This document shows positions 18,490 through 27,824 of a stretch of DNA of 64,000 nt, piece after piece. Source of the stretch: Planctomycetota bacterium (GTDB lineage Bacteria; Planctomycetota; UBA1135; UBA2386). Positions within the stretch are counted from its first letter, which is position 1. Every line of letters starts with the position of its first letter. The translations under genes and the position numbers were made by a program. The notes below the pieces were generated by a model, which saw only the letters and a program-made list of their open reading frames with translations, was not told where the DNA came from and did not search any database. Location of the stretch: NCBI GenBank assembly GCA_965228735.1, contig OZ245838.1, positions 5,728,001-5,792,000 of the forward strand, given 5' to 3'.

Positions 18490-19815
18490 ATGAGCTTGTT
18501 CGAACGACCCGAGGACGACGCCCGCGGCGCCGCGGCGAGCGCGCCGTTGGCCGAACGGATGCGACCACGCACGCTCGACGAGTATCTCGGGCAGGACGAT
18601 CTCATCGGTGAGGGCCGCACGCTGCGCGCGGCGATCGAGAACGGCAAGGCCGGGTCACTCATCCTGTGGGGGCCGCCGGGCGTCGGCAAGACGACGCTCG
18701 CGGGTCTGATCGCGCAGCACGCGGATCTGCACTTCCGGCCGTTCTCGGCCGTGCTCGCCGGCGTCGCGCAGGTGCGTGCGGTCGTCAAGGAGGCCGCCGA
18801 ACTGCGGGCGAAGGACGGTCGCGCGACGCTGCTGTTCGTCGACGAGATCCATCGCTTCAACAAGGCGCAGCAGGATGCGTTCCTGCCGCACGTCGAGAAG
18901 GGTGACCTCGTGCTCGTCGGCGCGACCACGGAGAACCCGTCGTTCTCGGTCAACGGTGCGCTGCTGTCGCGCGCGCGCGTCGTCGCGCTGCAGGCACTCG
19001 GTGACGCGGCCATCGAACGCGTCGTCCGGAACGCGCTCACGGACGAGGAGCGCGGCCTCGGAGTGCGATCCCTGACGATCGAGGACGATGCGCTGCGGCG
19101 CCTCGTCACGCTGTCGGGCGGGGATGCGCGGCGGGCGCTCGGCTGCATCGAGGCCGTCGCGGCGACGTGTGTCGACTGCGAGGCGATCGGCGTCGACGCG
19201 GTCGTCGACGCGTTCCAGCATCGCGCGCTGCAGCACGACAAGGCCGGCGACCTGCACTACGACCTGCTGTCGGCGTTCCACAAGAGCCTGCGCAACTCGG
19301 ACGTGCAGGCCGTGGTCTACTGGCTCGCGCGCGCGCTCGAAGCGGGCGCGGATCCCGTGCACGTCGCGCGCCGCATGGTCGCGATGGCCGCCGAGGACGT
19401 CGGGCTCGCGGATCCGATGGCGCTGCAGGTCGCGGTCTCGGCGCTGCACGCGCTGCAGTTCCTCGGTCTGCCGGAGGGTCGACTGCCGCTCACCGAGGCC
19501 GCCGTCTACCTCGCGGCCGCGCCGAAGAGCAACGCCGTGATCCAGGCGATCACGGCGGCGACCGAGGCCGCGCGCAACGATGCTCAGCATCCCGTGCCGC
19601 TGCACCTGCGCAACGCCGCGAACAAGGTCGCGCGCGAGCAAGGACACGGCGCGGGCTACGTGTATGCCCACGATACCGAGGCCGGCGTCGCCGCGTTCGA
19701 CTGCCTGCCCGAGGCGTTGCAGGGGCGAACGTTCTTCCGGCCCGGCGAGCGCGGTTTCGAGAAGCGGCTCGGCGAGCGCATGCAGGAGAACGATCGCGCG
19801 CGCCGATCGGAGTGA
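18490..19815 (+). CDS. rarA: Replication-associated recombination protein A (MgsA/RarA)
   Basis: PLAERMRP, WGPPGVGKTT, DEIHRFNKAQQD, GATTENPSF, SAFHKSLR, EDVGLADP, PKSNA. Confidence 0.96.
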   Translation: MSLFERPEDDARGAAASAPLAERMRPRTLDEYLGQDDLIGEGRTLRAAIENGKAGSLILWGPPGVGKTTLAGLIAQHADLHFRPFSAVLAGVAQVRAVVKEAAELRAKDGRATLLFVDEIHRFNKAQQDAFLPHVEKGDLVLVGATTENPSFSVNGALLSRARVVALQALGDAAIERVVRNALTDEERGLGVRSLTIEDDALRRLVTLSGGDARRALGCIEAVAATCVDCEAIGVDAVVDAFQHRALQHDKAGDLHYDLLSAFHKSLRNSDVQAVVYWLARALEAGADPVHVARRMVAMAAEDVGLADPMALQVAVSALHALQFLGLPEGRLPLTEAAVYLAAAPKSNAVIQAITAATEAARNDAQHPVPLHLRNAANKVAREQGHGAGYVYAHDTEAGVAAFDCLPEALQGRTFFRPGERGFEKRLGERMQENDRARRSE

Positions 19816-20654
19816 TGGCGGACCCGCGAGGTGAGGCGGCCGAAGAGAGCCCCGGCGAGGTCCTCTTCGGCGTCGCCGGCTGGTCGTATCCCGACTGGCA
19901 GGGGATCGTTTATCCGAAGAACTGCAAGGACACGCTGCGCGCGGTCGCCGAGCGCGTCGATCTCATCGAGATCAACAACACGTTCTATCGGCCGCCGAAC
20001 CCCCGGCACGGTGCGAGCTGGGTGAAGCGCACGGAGGACCTCGGGACCCGCTTCACGGCCAAGCTGCCGCGTGAGTTCACGCACGTGCGTGAGTTCGACG
20101 CGACGTTCGTGCAGGACGTCGTCGACGGCTTCGCGCCGCTGTTCGAGTCCGGTCGCATGCTCGGCGTGCTCGCGCAGTTCAATCACGAGTTGCGCTACGA
20201 GCCGGCCGCCGTCGATCTGCTCGCGCGGATCGCGGATGCCTTCGGCGGCCGGACGAACGTGTTCGTCGAGGTTCGGCATCGCTCCTTCGATGACGCCAGC
20301 GCGCTGAACGCTCTACGCGGACTCGGACTCGGCGTGCTCGATCTCGACTACCCGGGCCAGCAGAGCGGCTTCGGCAGGTCCCACCCCGTGGCCGGCGTCG
20401 CGAGCGAGGACGGCCTGGCCTACTTCCGCCTGCACGGTCGCAACACGGCGTGGTTCAAGAAGGGCGCGGGCCGCGACGAGGTCTACGACTGGGAGTACTC
20501 GCGCTCGGAGGTCGAGCAGATCGAACGCCGCCTCGAACGGATCCGGGCCGGCGCCGTGCGGACCATCGTCGTCGCCAACAACCACTTCGAGGGCAAGGCG
20601 ATGAAGCTCGTCGATCAGCTGCTCGAGTGGTATCGCGAGTCGGATCGGTCCTGA
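19815..20654 (+). CDS. DUF72 domain protein
   Basis: GVAGWSYPDW.G.VYP, EINNTFY, EVRH, YFRLHGRN and NNHFEGKA; TGATG overlap with rarA. Confidence 0.92.
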   Translation: MADPRGEAAEESPGEVLFGVAGWSYPDWQGIVYPKNCKDTLRAVAERVDLIEINNTFYRPPNPRHGASWVKRTEDLGTRFTAKLPREFTHVREFDATFVQDVVDGFAPLFESGRMLGVLAQFNHELRYEPAAVDLLARIADAFGGRTNVFVEVRHRSFDDASALNALRGLGLGVLDLDYPGQQSGFGRSHPVAGVASEDGLAYFRLHGRNTAWFKKGAGRDEVYDWEYSRSEVEQIERRLERIRAGAVRTIVVANNHFEGKAMKLVDQLLEWYRESDRS

Positions 20655-20669
20655 GTCCGGATGCCGGTT

Positions 20670-20687
20670 CGAACCAGGTACCGTACG
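20670..20687. repeat. Isolated copy of REP-like unit CGAACCAGGTACCGTACG
   Basis: 18/18 identical to 56403-56420; lies in a convergent intergenic gap. Confidence 0.75.
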
Positions 20688-20692
20688 CCGGG

Positions 20693-21352
20693 TTATCTGG
20701 TCGGGGCGGCGGCCGTGTTGCCGCGTTGGACGACGCGGCTCGCCGTGTCGGCGAGTGTCGCGCGCGCCTGCCGTAGCGCCTCGCCGCGGGCGAGCTGTTC
20801 GAGTTCGTTCTGGGCGAGGTCGCGAACTGCGCGGATCGCGTCGACGGCGGCCTCGCGGGTCGGAAACGCCGCGTTCCCGTCGAAGCGGAACAAGCGCGTG
20901 TACTTGTCCACGTTCTGCGCCATGACGTTGTCGCCCTGCCGGATCGTGACGGTGTAGGGCAGGATGATCGCGAACGCGGGGACGAAACCGAGGTCGGTGC
21001 GCATCGCGCTCGGCTCGCAGGGCCTGAGATCGCCGATATCGAGCTCGACGAGAACGTCGGCGTCGCCGCCGGTCGCCACCATGCCGTGCTCTTCGAACGC
21101 GTCGATCGTTCGCACGTCGCCTGCTCCGGTCACGCGGTAGGTCCTGCCGGTGGGCGAGTCGATGACGGCCCGCACCACGGGGTCAGGCGCCGAGCTCGTC
21201 GCGAGCTCGGCCCTGTCGGCCGGCCGATCGCGGCCGTAGAGCCGGTCGTAGGAGCGTGCCTTCGCGCAACCGGCGGCCGTGACGGCGGCGGTGAGCAGGG
21301 CGACTGCCAGCACGGGCCGCGTGAGGCCGGTCGAGTGGGTGCGGCGTTGCAT
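20693..21352 (-). CDS. Hypothetical lipoprotein
   Basis: Signal peptide with AAGC lipobox; fills the gap between DUF72 and the M3 peptidase. Confidence 0.7.
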   Translation of the reverse strand: MQRRTHSTGLTRPVLAVALLTAAVTAAGCAKARSYDRLYGRDRPADRAELATSSAPDPVVRAVIDSPTGRTYRVTGAGDVRTIDAFEEHGMVATGGDADVLVELDIGDLRPCEPSAMRTDLGFVPAFAIILPYTVTIRQGDNVMAQNVDKYTRLFRFDGNAAFPTREAAVDAIRAVRDLAQNELEQLARGEALRQARATLADTASRVVQRGNTAAAPTR

Positions 21353-21467
21353 CGTGCGATGGCTATCGACGAGCCGGCGCCATGGTCCGCAGGCTCCTTT
21401 CGCCGGATCGTCCCGAAGTCGGACCAGCTCCGCGTGATCGCCGTGGCAGCGCGTGTTCGGCTGCGAA

Positions 21468-23171
21468 TCAGCTGCCGATCTGCGCCATCACATCGTCGAC
21501 GAGCCCCTGCAGCGTCTGCGCCGTGAGGTCGAAGCGGATGCCCGCCGACTCGACGATCTCCGGCAGCGGGCGGGTGCCGCCGAGCGCGAGTGCCCGCCGG
21601 TAGTTCTCGATCGCTTTCTTCGGATCCTGGCGGTAGTTGCGCCACACCTGCAGCGCGCAGATCTGCGCGATGCCGTACTCGATGTAGTAGAACGCGTGGT
21701 TGAAGAGGTGCGTCTGCGCGATCCACTGCATCGCCTGCGCCTCCTCGAGTCCGGTCCAGTCGACCGCGCCGCCGAAGCGTCGGCGGATGTCGAGCCACGC
21801 CGTGCGACGCTCGTCGCGCGAGTGGTTGGGGTTGCCGTAGACCCAGTGCTGCAGCGCATCGATCGATGCGATCCACAGCAGCGTGCGCAGCACGCCCTCG
21901 AGGTGCTTCTTGTAGGCCCGTTCCGCGGCGGCCGGGTCGTAGGCGGCCTCGAGGTGCTCGAGCCCGAGCAGCTCCATGCTCATGCTCGCGGTCTCGGCGA
22001 TCTCGATGCAGTAGTCGCGGAACGCGAGCACGTCGAGGTCGCGGCAGAGCAGCGAGTGGAACGCATGCCCGCCCTCGTGCAGCAGCGTCTGCACGTCCTG
22101 GTGCAGGCCGACGCCGTTGCAGAAGATGAACGGCAGCCTTACATCCTCGAGCTGGTACTGGTAGCCGCCGGGCGCCTTCCCCGGGCGGCTGATCAGATCG
22201 AGCATGTCGCGTTCGACGAGCACGTCGAATTCGTCGCGGAAGCGCGGGTCGACGGCCGCGAAGATCTTGCGGCAGATCTCGATGATCTCGTCCTGCGTCG
22301 AGAACGGGCGCAGGGGCGGGCGGCCTTCGGGGTCGACCTCGAGATCCCACGGGCGCAACGCGGGGAGTTCGAGCTGCTCCGCCCGCCGTTGATCGAGCTT
22401 GGCGACGGCCGGCGCGACGCACTCGGCGATCGCGTCGTGCAGCGCGCGGCACGTGCGCTCGTCGTAGTCGTAGCGGCCGAGTTCCTGGAAGCGGTACTGG
22501 GTGTACGACTGGAAGTCGGCGTTGCGCGCGATCTTGGTGCGCAGCTCGATCAGCTCGTCGTAGATGTCCTCGAGCTCGTCCCAGTGCGCCTTGCGCGCGG
22601 CGAGCGCCGCGCGGAACGCCGCCTCGCGCACGCTCCGGTCCGCGTTGTCGAAGTAGCTCGCGAGCTGCTGCAGCGTCCGCGTCTCACCATCGAACTCGAC
22701 CGTGATGCCGCCCATGATCGCCTGCTGCCGCGTCTGCAGCTCGGCCTCGCGTTGCTGCAGCTCCGTGTTCTCCGCGCGGAAGATCTCGCTCTGCGTGCGC
22801 CGCTGCCGGATCAGGGTCTCGTACTTCCGCTGATCGAGCGCACCGAGCGCTGGGCACGAGAGGAAGTGCTTGTCGAGCGCGTCGGCGAGCACGCGCACGC
22901 GCGGCATCACCTGTTGCTCCATCTCCAGGTAGGCGGCCTTCTTCGCCTCGCTGTTCGTGTCGCACGTCATCGCGACGTAGCGCCGCGCCTGCTCGGCGCC
23001 GATGCGAGCGAGCAGTTCGCTCTCGTCTCGCAGCCAGCGTTCGAGCGCCTCTCTGTCCTGGAGCGGGCGTTGCTGCAGCTCGGCCAGCAGCGGTTCGATC
23101 GCCGGCAGCGCGCCGGCGTCGAAATCTTCGGGCACGTAGTGCCAGGTCGGAGCGGTCAGTTCGATCGCCAA
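21468..23171 (-). CDS. M3 family oligoendopeptidase (PepF-like)
   Basis: LRPWD, GKAPGGY, LLHEGGHAFH zinc motif, EIAETASMSME, FYYIEYGIAQ; TTG start preceded by GGAGG. Confidence 0.93.
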   Translation of the reverse strand: MAIELTAPTWHYVPEDFDAGALPAIEPLLAELQQRPLQDREALERWLRDESELLARIGAEQARRYVAMTCDTNSEAKKAAYLEMEQQVMPRVRVLADALDKHFLSCPALGALDQRKYETLIRQRRTQSEIFRAENTELQQREAELQTRQQAIMGGITVEFDGETRTLQQLASYFDNADRSVREAAFRAALAARKAHWDELEDIYDELIELRTKIARNADFQSYTQYRFQELGRYDYDERTCRALHDAIAECVAPAVAKLDQRRAEQLELPALRPWDLEVDPEGRPPLRPFSTQDEIIEICRKIFAAVDPRFRDEFDVLVERDMLDLISRPGKAPGGYQYQLEDVRLPFIFCNGVGLHQDVQTLLHEGGHAFHSLLCRDLDVLAFRDYCIEIAETASMSMELLGLEHLEAAYDPAAAERAYKKHLEGVLRTLLWIASIDALQHWVYGNPNHSRDERRTAWLDIRRRFGGAVDWTGLEEAQAMQWIAQTHLFNHAFYYIEYGIAQICALQVWRNYRQDPKKAIENYRRALALGGTRPLPEIVESAGIRFDLTAQTLQGLVDDVMAQIGS

Positions 23172-23392
23172 GTGGAGTTCCTCCCGGATGCCGGGTGTTG
23201 GCAGGGACTGCCTCAACTTAGGGCAGCCGCGGTTCTGACTCCAAGACATTGAGTGGTCCGAGTGACCTGCCAGCAGGACACTTCGAATGTCCGAAGTCCT
23301 TTAAAAATCAGCATCAATGGCAGAACGACCGCGGCACGCTCGTTGCCGTTCTGCGCTGAGGACCGGGAACTCCCCTGACCCGGAGCAAGACC

Positions 23393-23869
23393 ATGAACAC
23401 CCGACTCGCCCTGTTGCTGCTGTCCCTCGCCGTGCCCGCGCTGACTCTCGCCGGCTGTACGCGCAGCCGCGGCCCGAACCGCGGCGCGCCCGTCGCGCAG
23501 ACGTCGCGCCCGGTGTCGATCGAGGTCGAGGTCTACGATCCGGCCACGAACTTCGTGTGGGAGGGCGTGTCCGTGCGCATCGTCGAGGCCGACAACGAGT
23601 GGTCGGGCTGCCTCTGCATGAGCCCCTACGTCGATTGGTATCTGACGGATGTGAACGGCCGCGTGTTCCTCGACGAGTTCCTCATCGCGGACGCGGAGGT
23701 CGGGCTGCTCGAGGACACCTCGGGCCGCGCGATCCTGAGCCCCGCACTCGACGAGGACGAGGTGTGGATCACGCTCGAGATCGACGCGATCGGCTTCACC
23801 CCGGTGGTCGTCGACGTGCCGCTGAGCTGGGACACCCCCGACGTCTTCGTCGAGGTGCCGTTCAACTAA
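23393..23869 (+). CDS. Hypothetical acidic lipoprotein
   Basis: GGAG RBS; LAGC lipobox; transthyretin-like pattern (VYDPAT..EGVSVRI..TDVNG). Confidence 0.75.
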   Translation: MNTRLALLLLSLAVPALTLAGCTRSRGPNRGAPVAQTSRPVSIEVEVYDPATNFVWEGVSVRIVEADNEWSGCLCMSPYVDWYLTDVNGRVFLDEFLIADAEVGLLEDTSGRAILSPALDEDEVWITLEIDAIGFTPVVVDVPLSWDTPDVFVEVPFN

Positions 23870-23897
23870 GTGCAGACAACCGGCTAGGCTCACGCTT

Positions 23898-25223
23898 GTG
23901 AGCCGCGACACCGTCCTCGATCCCGCGCTGCATCGCCGACGGCGGCAGCAATTGCTCGACCGCCTCGGCGATGGACTGCTGCTGGTGCCGACCGCGAAGG
24001 AACGTTCGCGCAATGGCGATGTGACCTACGAGTTCCGGCCCGGCAGCGACTTTCACCACCTGACCGGCTTTCCGGAGCCGGACGCCGTGCTCGCGGCATG
24101 GCGCACCGGTAAAAGGCACCACGCGGTGCTGTTCGTGCGGCCGCGCGACAAGGCGCGCGAGGTCTGGGACGGCAAGCGCTACGGCACGGCGGGTGCCGTG
24201 CGCGCGTTCGGCGTCGACGAGGCGCACCCGATCGGCGAACTGCGGCAACGTCTCCCGGAGCTCGTCGGTGCGCACGACCGGTTGTTCTGCCGTCTCACGG
24301 CGGACGCAGAGTTCGACGATCTGCTGTTCGATGCGTTCCGGCGGCTCGCGCTCGAACGCCGGCGCCGGCAGCCGCCCGCGCACCCGACCATCGTCGATCC
24401 GACCCCGGCGCTCGCGGCGCAGCGCCTGCAGAAGGATGCCGCGGAGCTGGCGGCGCTGCGGCGGGCCGCAGCCGCGACCGCGGCGGGACACACGGCCGCG
24501 ATGGCGGCGGCCCGCCCCGGGCTCTTCGAGTACGAGGTGCAGACGGCGCTCGAGGCCGAGTTCCGGCGCGCGGGCAGTCCGCGCAACGGCTACCCGTCGA
24601 TCGTCGCGAGCGGCCCCAACGCGTGCGTGCTGCACTACCACGAGAACGACCGCAAGCTGAAGCGCGGCGACCTCCTGCTCATCGATGCCGGGGCGGAGAT
24701 CGACGGGTTGACCGCCGATGTGACGCGCACGTTCCCGGTCTCGGGCGAGTTCAGCGACGCGCAGGCCGCGGTCTACGACGTCGTGCTGCGGGCCCAACAG
24801 GCCGGCATCCGCGCGTGCAAGGTCGGCGCGGCCTGGAACGCGGCGCACGCGGCGTGCGTGCGGTCGCTGACGCGTGGCCTCGTGAAGCTCGGCGTGCTGC
24901 GCGGTGAGCCGGCGCGGCTGATCAAGAACGGGGCGTTCCGACCGTACTACATGCACGGCACGAGCCATTGGCTCGGTCGCGACGTGCACGACGTCGGCGC
25001 CTACGAGCGGGGCGACGGCAAGGCCGCGCCGCTCCCTGCGGGCAGCGTGCTCACGGTCGAGCCCGGGCTGTACTTCGCGCCGCGCGACTCCGCGGTGCCG
25101 CGCGAGCTGCGCGGGATCGGCATTCGGATCGAGGACGACGTACTCGTCACGAAGAACGGCCCCGACGTTCTGACGACCGCCGCGCCGAAGTCGATCCGCG
25201 AGGTCGAGCGGGCCTGCCGGTGA
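23898..25223 (+). CDS. pepP: Xaa-Pro aminopeptidase (M24B)
   Basis: SDFHHLTGF.EPD, LHY, DAGAE, DVTRTFP, HGTSHWLGRDVHD, TVEPGLY, GIRIEDD. Confidence 0.95.
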   Translation: MSRDTVLDPALHRRRRQQLLDRLGDGLLLVPTAKERSRNGDVTYEFRPGSDFHHLTGFPEPDAVLAAWRTGKRHHAVLFVRPRDKAREVWDGKRYGTAGAVRAFGVDEAHPIGELRQRLPELVGAHDRLFCRLTADAEFDDLLFDAFRRLALERRRRQPPAHPTIVDPTPALAAQRLQKDAAELAALRRAAAATAAGHTAAMAAARPGLFEYEVQTALEAEFRRAGSPRNGYPSIVASGPNACVLHYHENDRKLKRGDLLLIDAGAEIDGLTADVTRTFPVSGEFSDAQAAVYDVVLRAQQAGIRACKVGAAWNAAHAACVRSLTRGLVKLGVLRGEPARLIKNGAFRPYYMHGTSHWLGRDVHDVGAYERGDGKAAPLPAGSVLTVEPGLYFAPRDSAVPRELRGIGIRIEDDVLVTKNGPDVLTTAAPKSIREVERACR

Positions 25224-25999
25224 GCACCGCGCGCGAACGCCTGGCCGTGATCGTGCCGCTCAAGGACGAAGCGGCCGGGTTGGCCGCACTGCTGCCCGTG
25301 CTCGAGCGGTTGGGCGCCGAGCTCGCGGATCCGGGTCTCGGGGATCAGGGTCTCGGGGATCAGGGTCTGGGGGATCAGGGTCTCGCGGACGTCGAGTTCG
25401 TGCTCGTCGACGACGGTAGCGAAGACGACACCTGGAACGAACTGCAGCGTCTGTTCGGCGACCGGGCGAACGTGCACTGCGTGCAGCATCCGCAGAACCG
25501 TGGCCTCTCGGCGGCGATTCGCACCGGCATCGCCGCCACCGACGCGCCGCTCTGCGCGTCGATCGACGGCGATCTGTCCTATGACCCGCTCGAGCTCGCC
25601 GCGATGTTGCGGCTCCTGCGTGAGCACGCGGCCGACGTGGTGACGGCGTCGCCCTATCACCGCGCGGGCGGCGTGGACGGCGTGCCGGGCTGGCGGCTGC
25701 TGCTGTCACGCACGTTGTCGGGGTGCTACCGCGTCCTGCTCTGGTCGGACATCCGGACGTGGACGAGCTGCTTCCGCGTCTACCGGCGCGATGCGGTCGT
25801 CGACCTGCCGCTCACGGAGCCCGGCTTCCTCGGCACCGCCGAGTTGCTCGTGCGTGTCCTGCGTCGCGGCGGCGTCGTCGTCGAACACCCGTGCACGCTC
25901 GGCGTCCGGCAGTTCGGCGCGTCGAAGATGCGAATCGTGCGGACGATCCTCGGCCACGTCGGCCTGCTGCTGCGCGTGCTCCTGCGCCGCGTGCGGTAG
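25220..25999 (+). CDS. Glycosyltransferase family 2 (Dpm1-like)
   Basis: VIVPLKDE, VDDGSEDDT, NRGLSAA, IDGDLSYDP, SCFRVYRR, RQFGASKM; GTGA overlap with pepP. Confidence 0.9.
   Translation: MSTARERLAVIVPLKDEAAGLAALLPVLERLGAELADPGLGDQGLGDQGLGDQGLADVEFVLVDDGSEDDTWNELQRLFGDRANVHCVQHPQNRGLSAAIRTGIAATDAPLCASIDGDLSYDPLELAAMLRLLREHAADVVTASPYHRAGGVDGVPGWRLLLSRTLSGCYRVLLWSDIRTWTSCFRVYRRDAVVDLPLTEPGFLGTAELLVRVLRRGGVVVEHPCTLGVRQFGASKMRIVRTILGHVGLLLRVLLRRVR
25328..25387 (+). repeat. In-frame 15-bp tandem repeat x4 (DPGLG/DQGLG/DQGLG/DQGLA)
   Basis: GATC(A/C)GGGTCT(C/G)G(G/C)G units read directly. Confidence 0.9.
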
Positions 26000-26030
26000 C
26001 GGCGACGGTCGACCGCCGGAACAACCGGCG

Positions 26031-27425
26031 CTACATGCCCGTGCCGCGGAGGACGACGCGCACCGTGTGCGCGATGAGCTTGACGTCCATCCAGAGCGAC
26101 CAGTTGTCGATGTAGTACAGGTCCATCTCGACCCAGCGCTTGAACGACACCTTGTTGCGGCCCCAGACCTGCCACACGCACGTGAGGCCGGGCTTGACCG
26201 AGATGCGGCGGCGCTGCCACCAGGTGTAGCTCACGACTTCACTCGGCATCGGCGGACGCGGTCCGACCAGGCTCATGTCGCCGATCACCACGTTGAGCAG
26301 CTGCGGCAGTTCGTCGAGGCTGAACTTGCGGAGGAAGCGACCGACCGGCGTGATGCGCGGGTCGTTGGGGATCTTGAGCGCGGGGCCGTCCTGGATGCTG
26401 GCGCTGCGCAGCTTCTCCTGCTGGGCCTGCGCGCCGACCGCCATGGTGCGGAACTTCAGGCAGCCGAACGTTTCGCCGCCCTTGCCGACCCGTTCCTGGC
26501 GGAAGAAGATCGGCCCGCGACTCGTGAGCTTGACCGCGAGCGCGCACGCGACGAACGCCGGCAGCAGCGCGATGATGCCGGCGGCGGCGCCCGCGAGGTC
26601 GACGCCGCGCTTCAGGAGCTCCGCGAGCGGGCGGTTGGGCGCCGACTCGACGACGAGGCCCTGACGCGCATCGCCGAGGCGGTCCTCGGTCGCCGTGACG
26701 CCGACCCGCAGGTTCTCGAGCTCGAGGAACGGCGGGAAGTAGTGAATGCCGATGCCGGCCTCGTCGCACATGTCGAACACGCGGTGGACGTCGCCGATCA
26801 CGGTGTGGTCGGTCGGGCAGACGACGGCGAGGTCGCACTCGTTCTCCGCGAGTGCCGGTGCGAGTCGATCGAACGTGCCGAGCTGTCGCAGGTGCGGCAG
26901 CTGGGTGGCGTCTTCCCCGTCGAACGGGACGAAGCCGACGAAATCCACCTCGCCGCGCGCGGGTCGACCGCGCGAGAGGGACCGGGAGCTACTCGAAGCG
27001 CCGACGAGGACCGCGCGGCGGCGGCCGCTGCCGGCGACGAGTGGTGTCCGCATCAGCCCCAGGCGAACGAGCGTCAGCAGGCCGAGGCCGTAGCCGAGCG
27101 CGAGCCAGATCGAGAGGTGCGGGTGCTGCAGCACCGTGACGGTCACGAGGCCCGCGACACCCCAGGTCAGGGTCCAGGCCTCGACGAGCGTGCGCAGCGT
27201 GCCCTTCAGGTTCTGCCCGGCGCTCAGCGGGTTGGCGCCGAGGCGCGGTGCGACGAGCAGCCAGACCGTCAGGAACAACAGCAGGTGCGCGATCGCTTCG
27301 AACGCGGTGTCGGTTCGCGTTGCGCCAGCGCGGCCCTGCCATACGCCGGCCAGTAACAAGGCCGTGGCGATGCAGGCGAAATCGACCATCAGGCCGACAA
27401 CGCGGTGGTGACGAGAGCTGGACAT
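26031..27425 (-). CDS. Exopolysaccharide priming sugar transferase (polyprenyl-phosphate glycosyl-1-phosphate transferase, WcaJ/WbaP-like)
   Basis: N-terminal TM helices; KRGVDL, FFRQERVG, KFRTM, SLDELPQLLNV, MSLVGPRP, KPGLT..WQV, DLYYIDNWS. Confidence 0.93.
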   Translation of the reverse strand: MSSSRHHRVVGLMVDFACIATALLLAGVWQGRAGATRTDTAFEAIAHLLLFLTVWLLVAPRLGANPLSAGQNLKGTLRTLVEAWTLTWGVAGLVTVTVLQHPHLSIWLALGYGLGLLTLVRLGLMRTPLVAGSGRRRAVLVGASSSSRSLSRGRPARGEVDFVGFVPFDGEDATQLPHLRQLGTFDRLAPALAENECDLAVVCPTDHTVIGDVHRVFDMCDEAGIGIHYFPPFLELENLRVGVTATEDRLGDARQGLVVESAPNRPLAELLKRGVDLAGAAAGIIALLPAFVACALAVKLTSRGPIFFRQERVGKGGETFGCLKFRTMAVGAQAQQEKLRSASIQDGPALKIPNDPRITPVGRFLRKFSLDELPQLLNVVIGDMSLVGPRPPMPSEVVSYTWWQRRRISVKPGLTCVWQVWGRNKVSFKRWVEMDLYYIDNWSLWMDVKLIAHTVRVVLRGTGM

Positions 27426-27784
27426 GGCGTGGCAAGTGGTCGCCGAGCGAGGCTCGACGATCTCCCCTGGATCGTTACTAGAGTGGTCGGTTCGTGAGGC
27501 TACCGGTGAGGTCGTATCTTTCTGCGACTTCCGCCAGCCGCCGGAACATCGGCGGGCGAGCCGCGCTGTTGCAGGAATCGTCAGGACGACCGCAAGTGCA
27601 CGCGTATTTTCCGCCAAGCTGCCGCCGTCTTTTCCGATTCCCGAGTGCCGGGGACCCGATTCTCCGAACCGCCGGCGCGACCGCGAACCGTCGTTGCGGT
27701 CGACAGAATCCTGCACTCACGAGTATCGGGGTCGCGACGCGCGGCACCTGGACGGTCCTCAGTCGCTGACGCAAACTCCCGTTC

Positions 27785-27804
27785 GGGCTCGGGACCCCGA
27801 GCCC
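27785..27804. promoter_or_regulatory. Inverted repeat GGGCTCGGG-AC-CCCGAGCCC
   Basis: 9-bp arms 20 bp upstream of the BNR-repeat gene, in a divergent region. Confidence 0.4.
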
Positions 27805-27824
27805 AGTCCGCCGGAACGCCCACC

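Noticed and set aside
27602..27618. GG-N10-GC possible sigma54 promoter for the sugar transferase
   Set aside because: Poor match to the TGGCAC/TTGC consensus.
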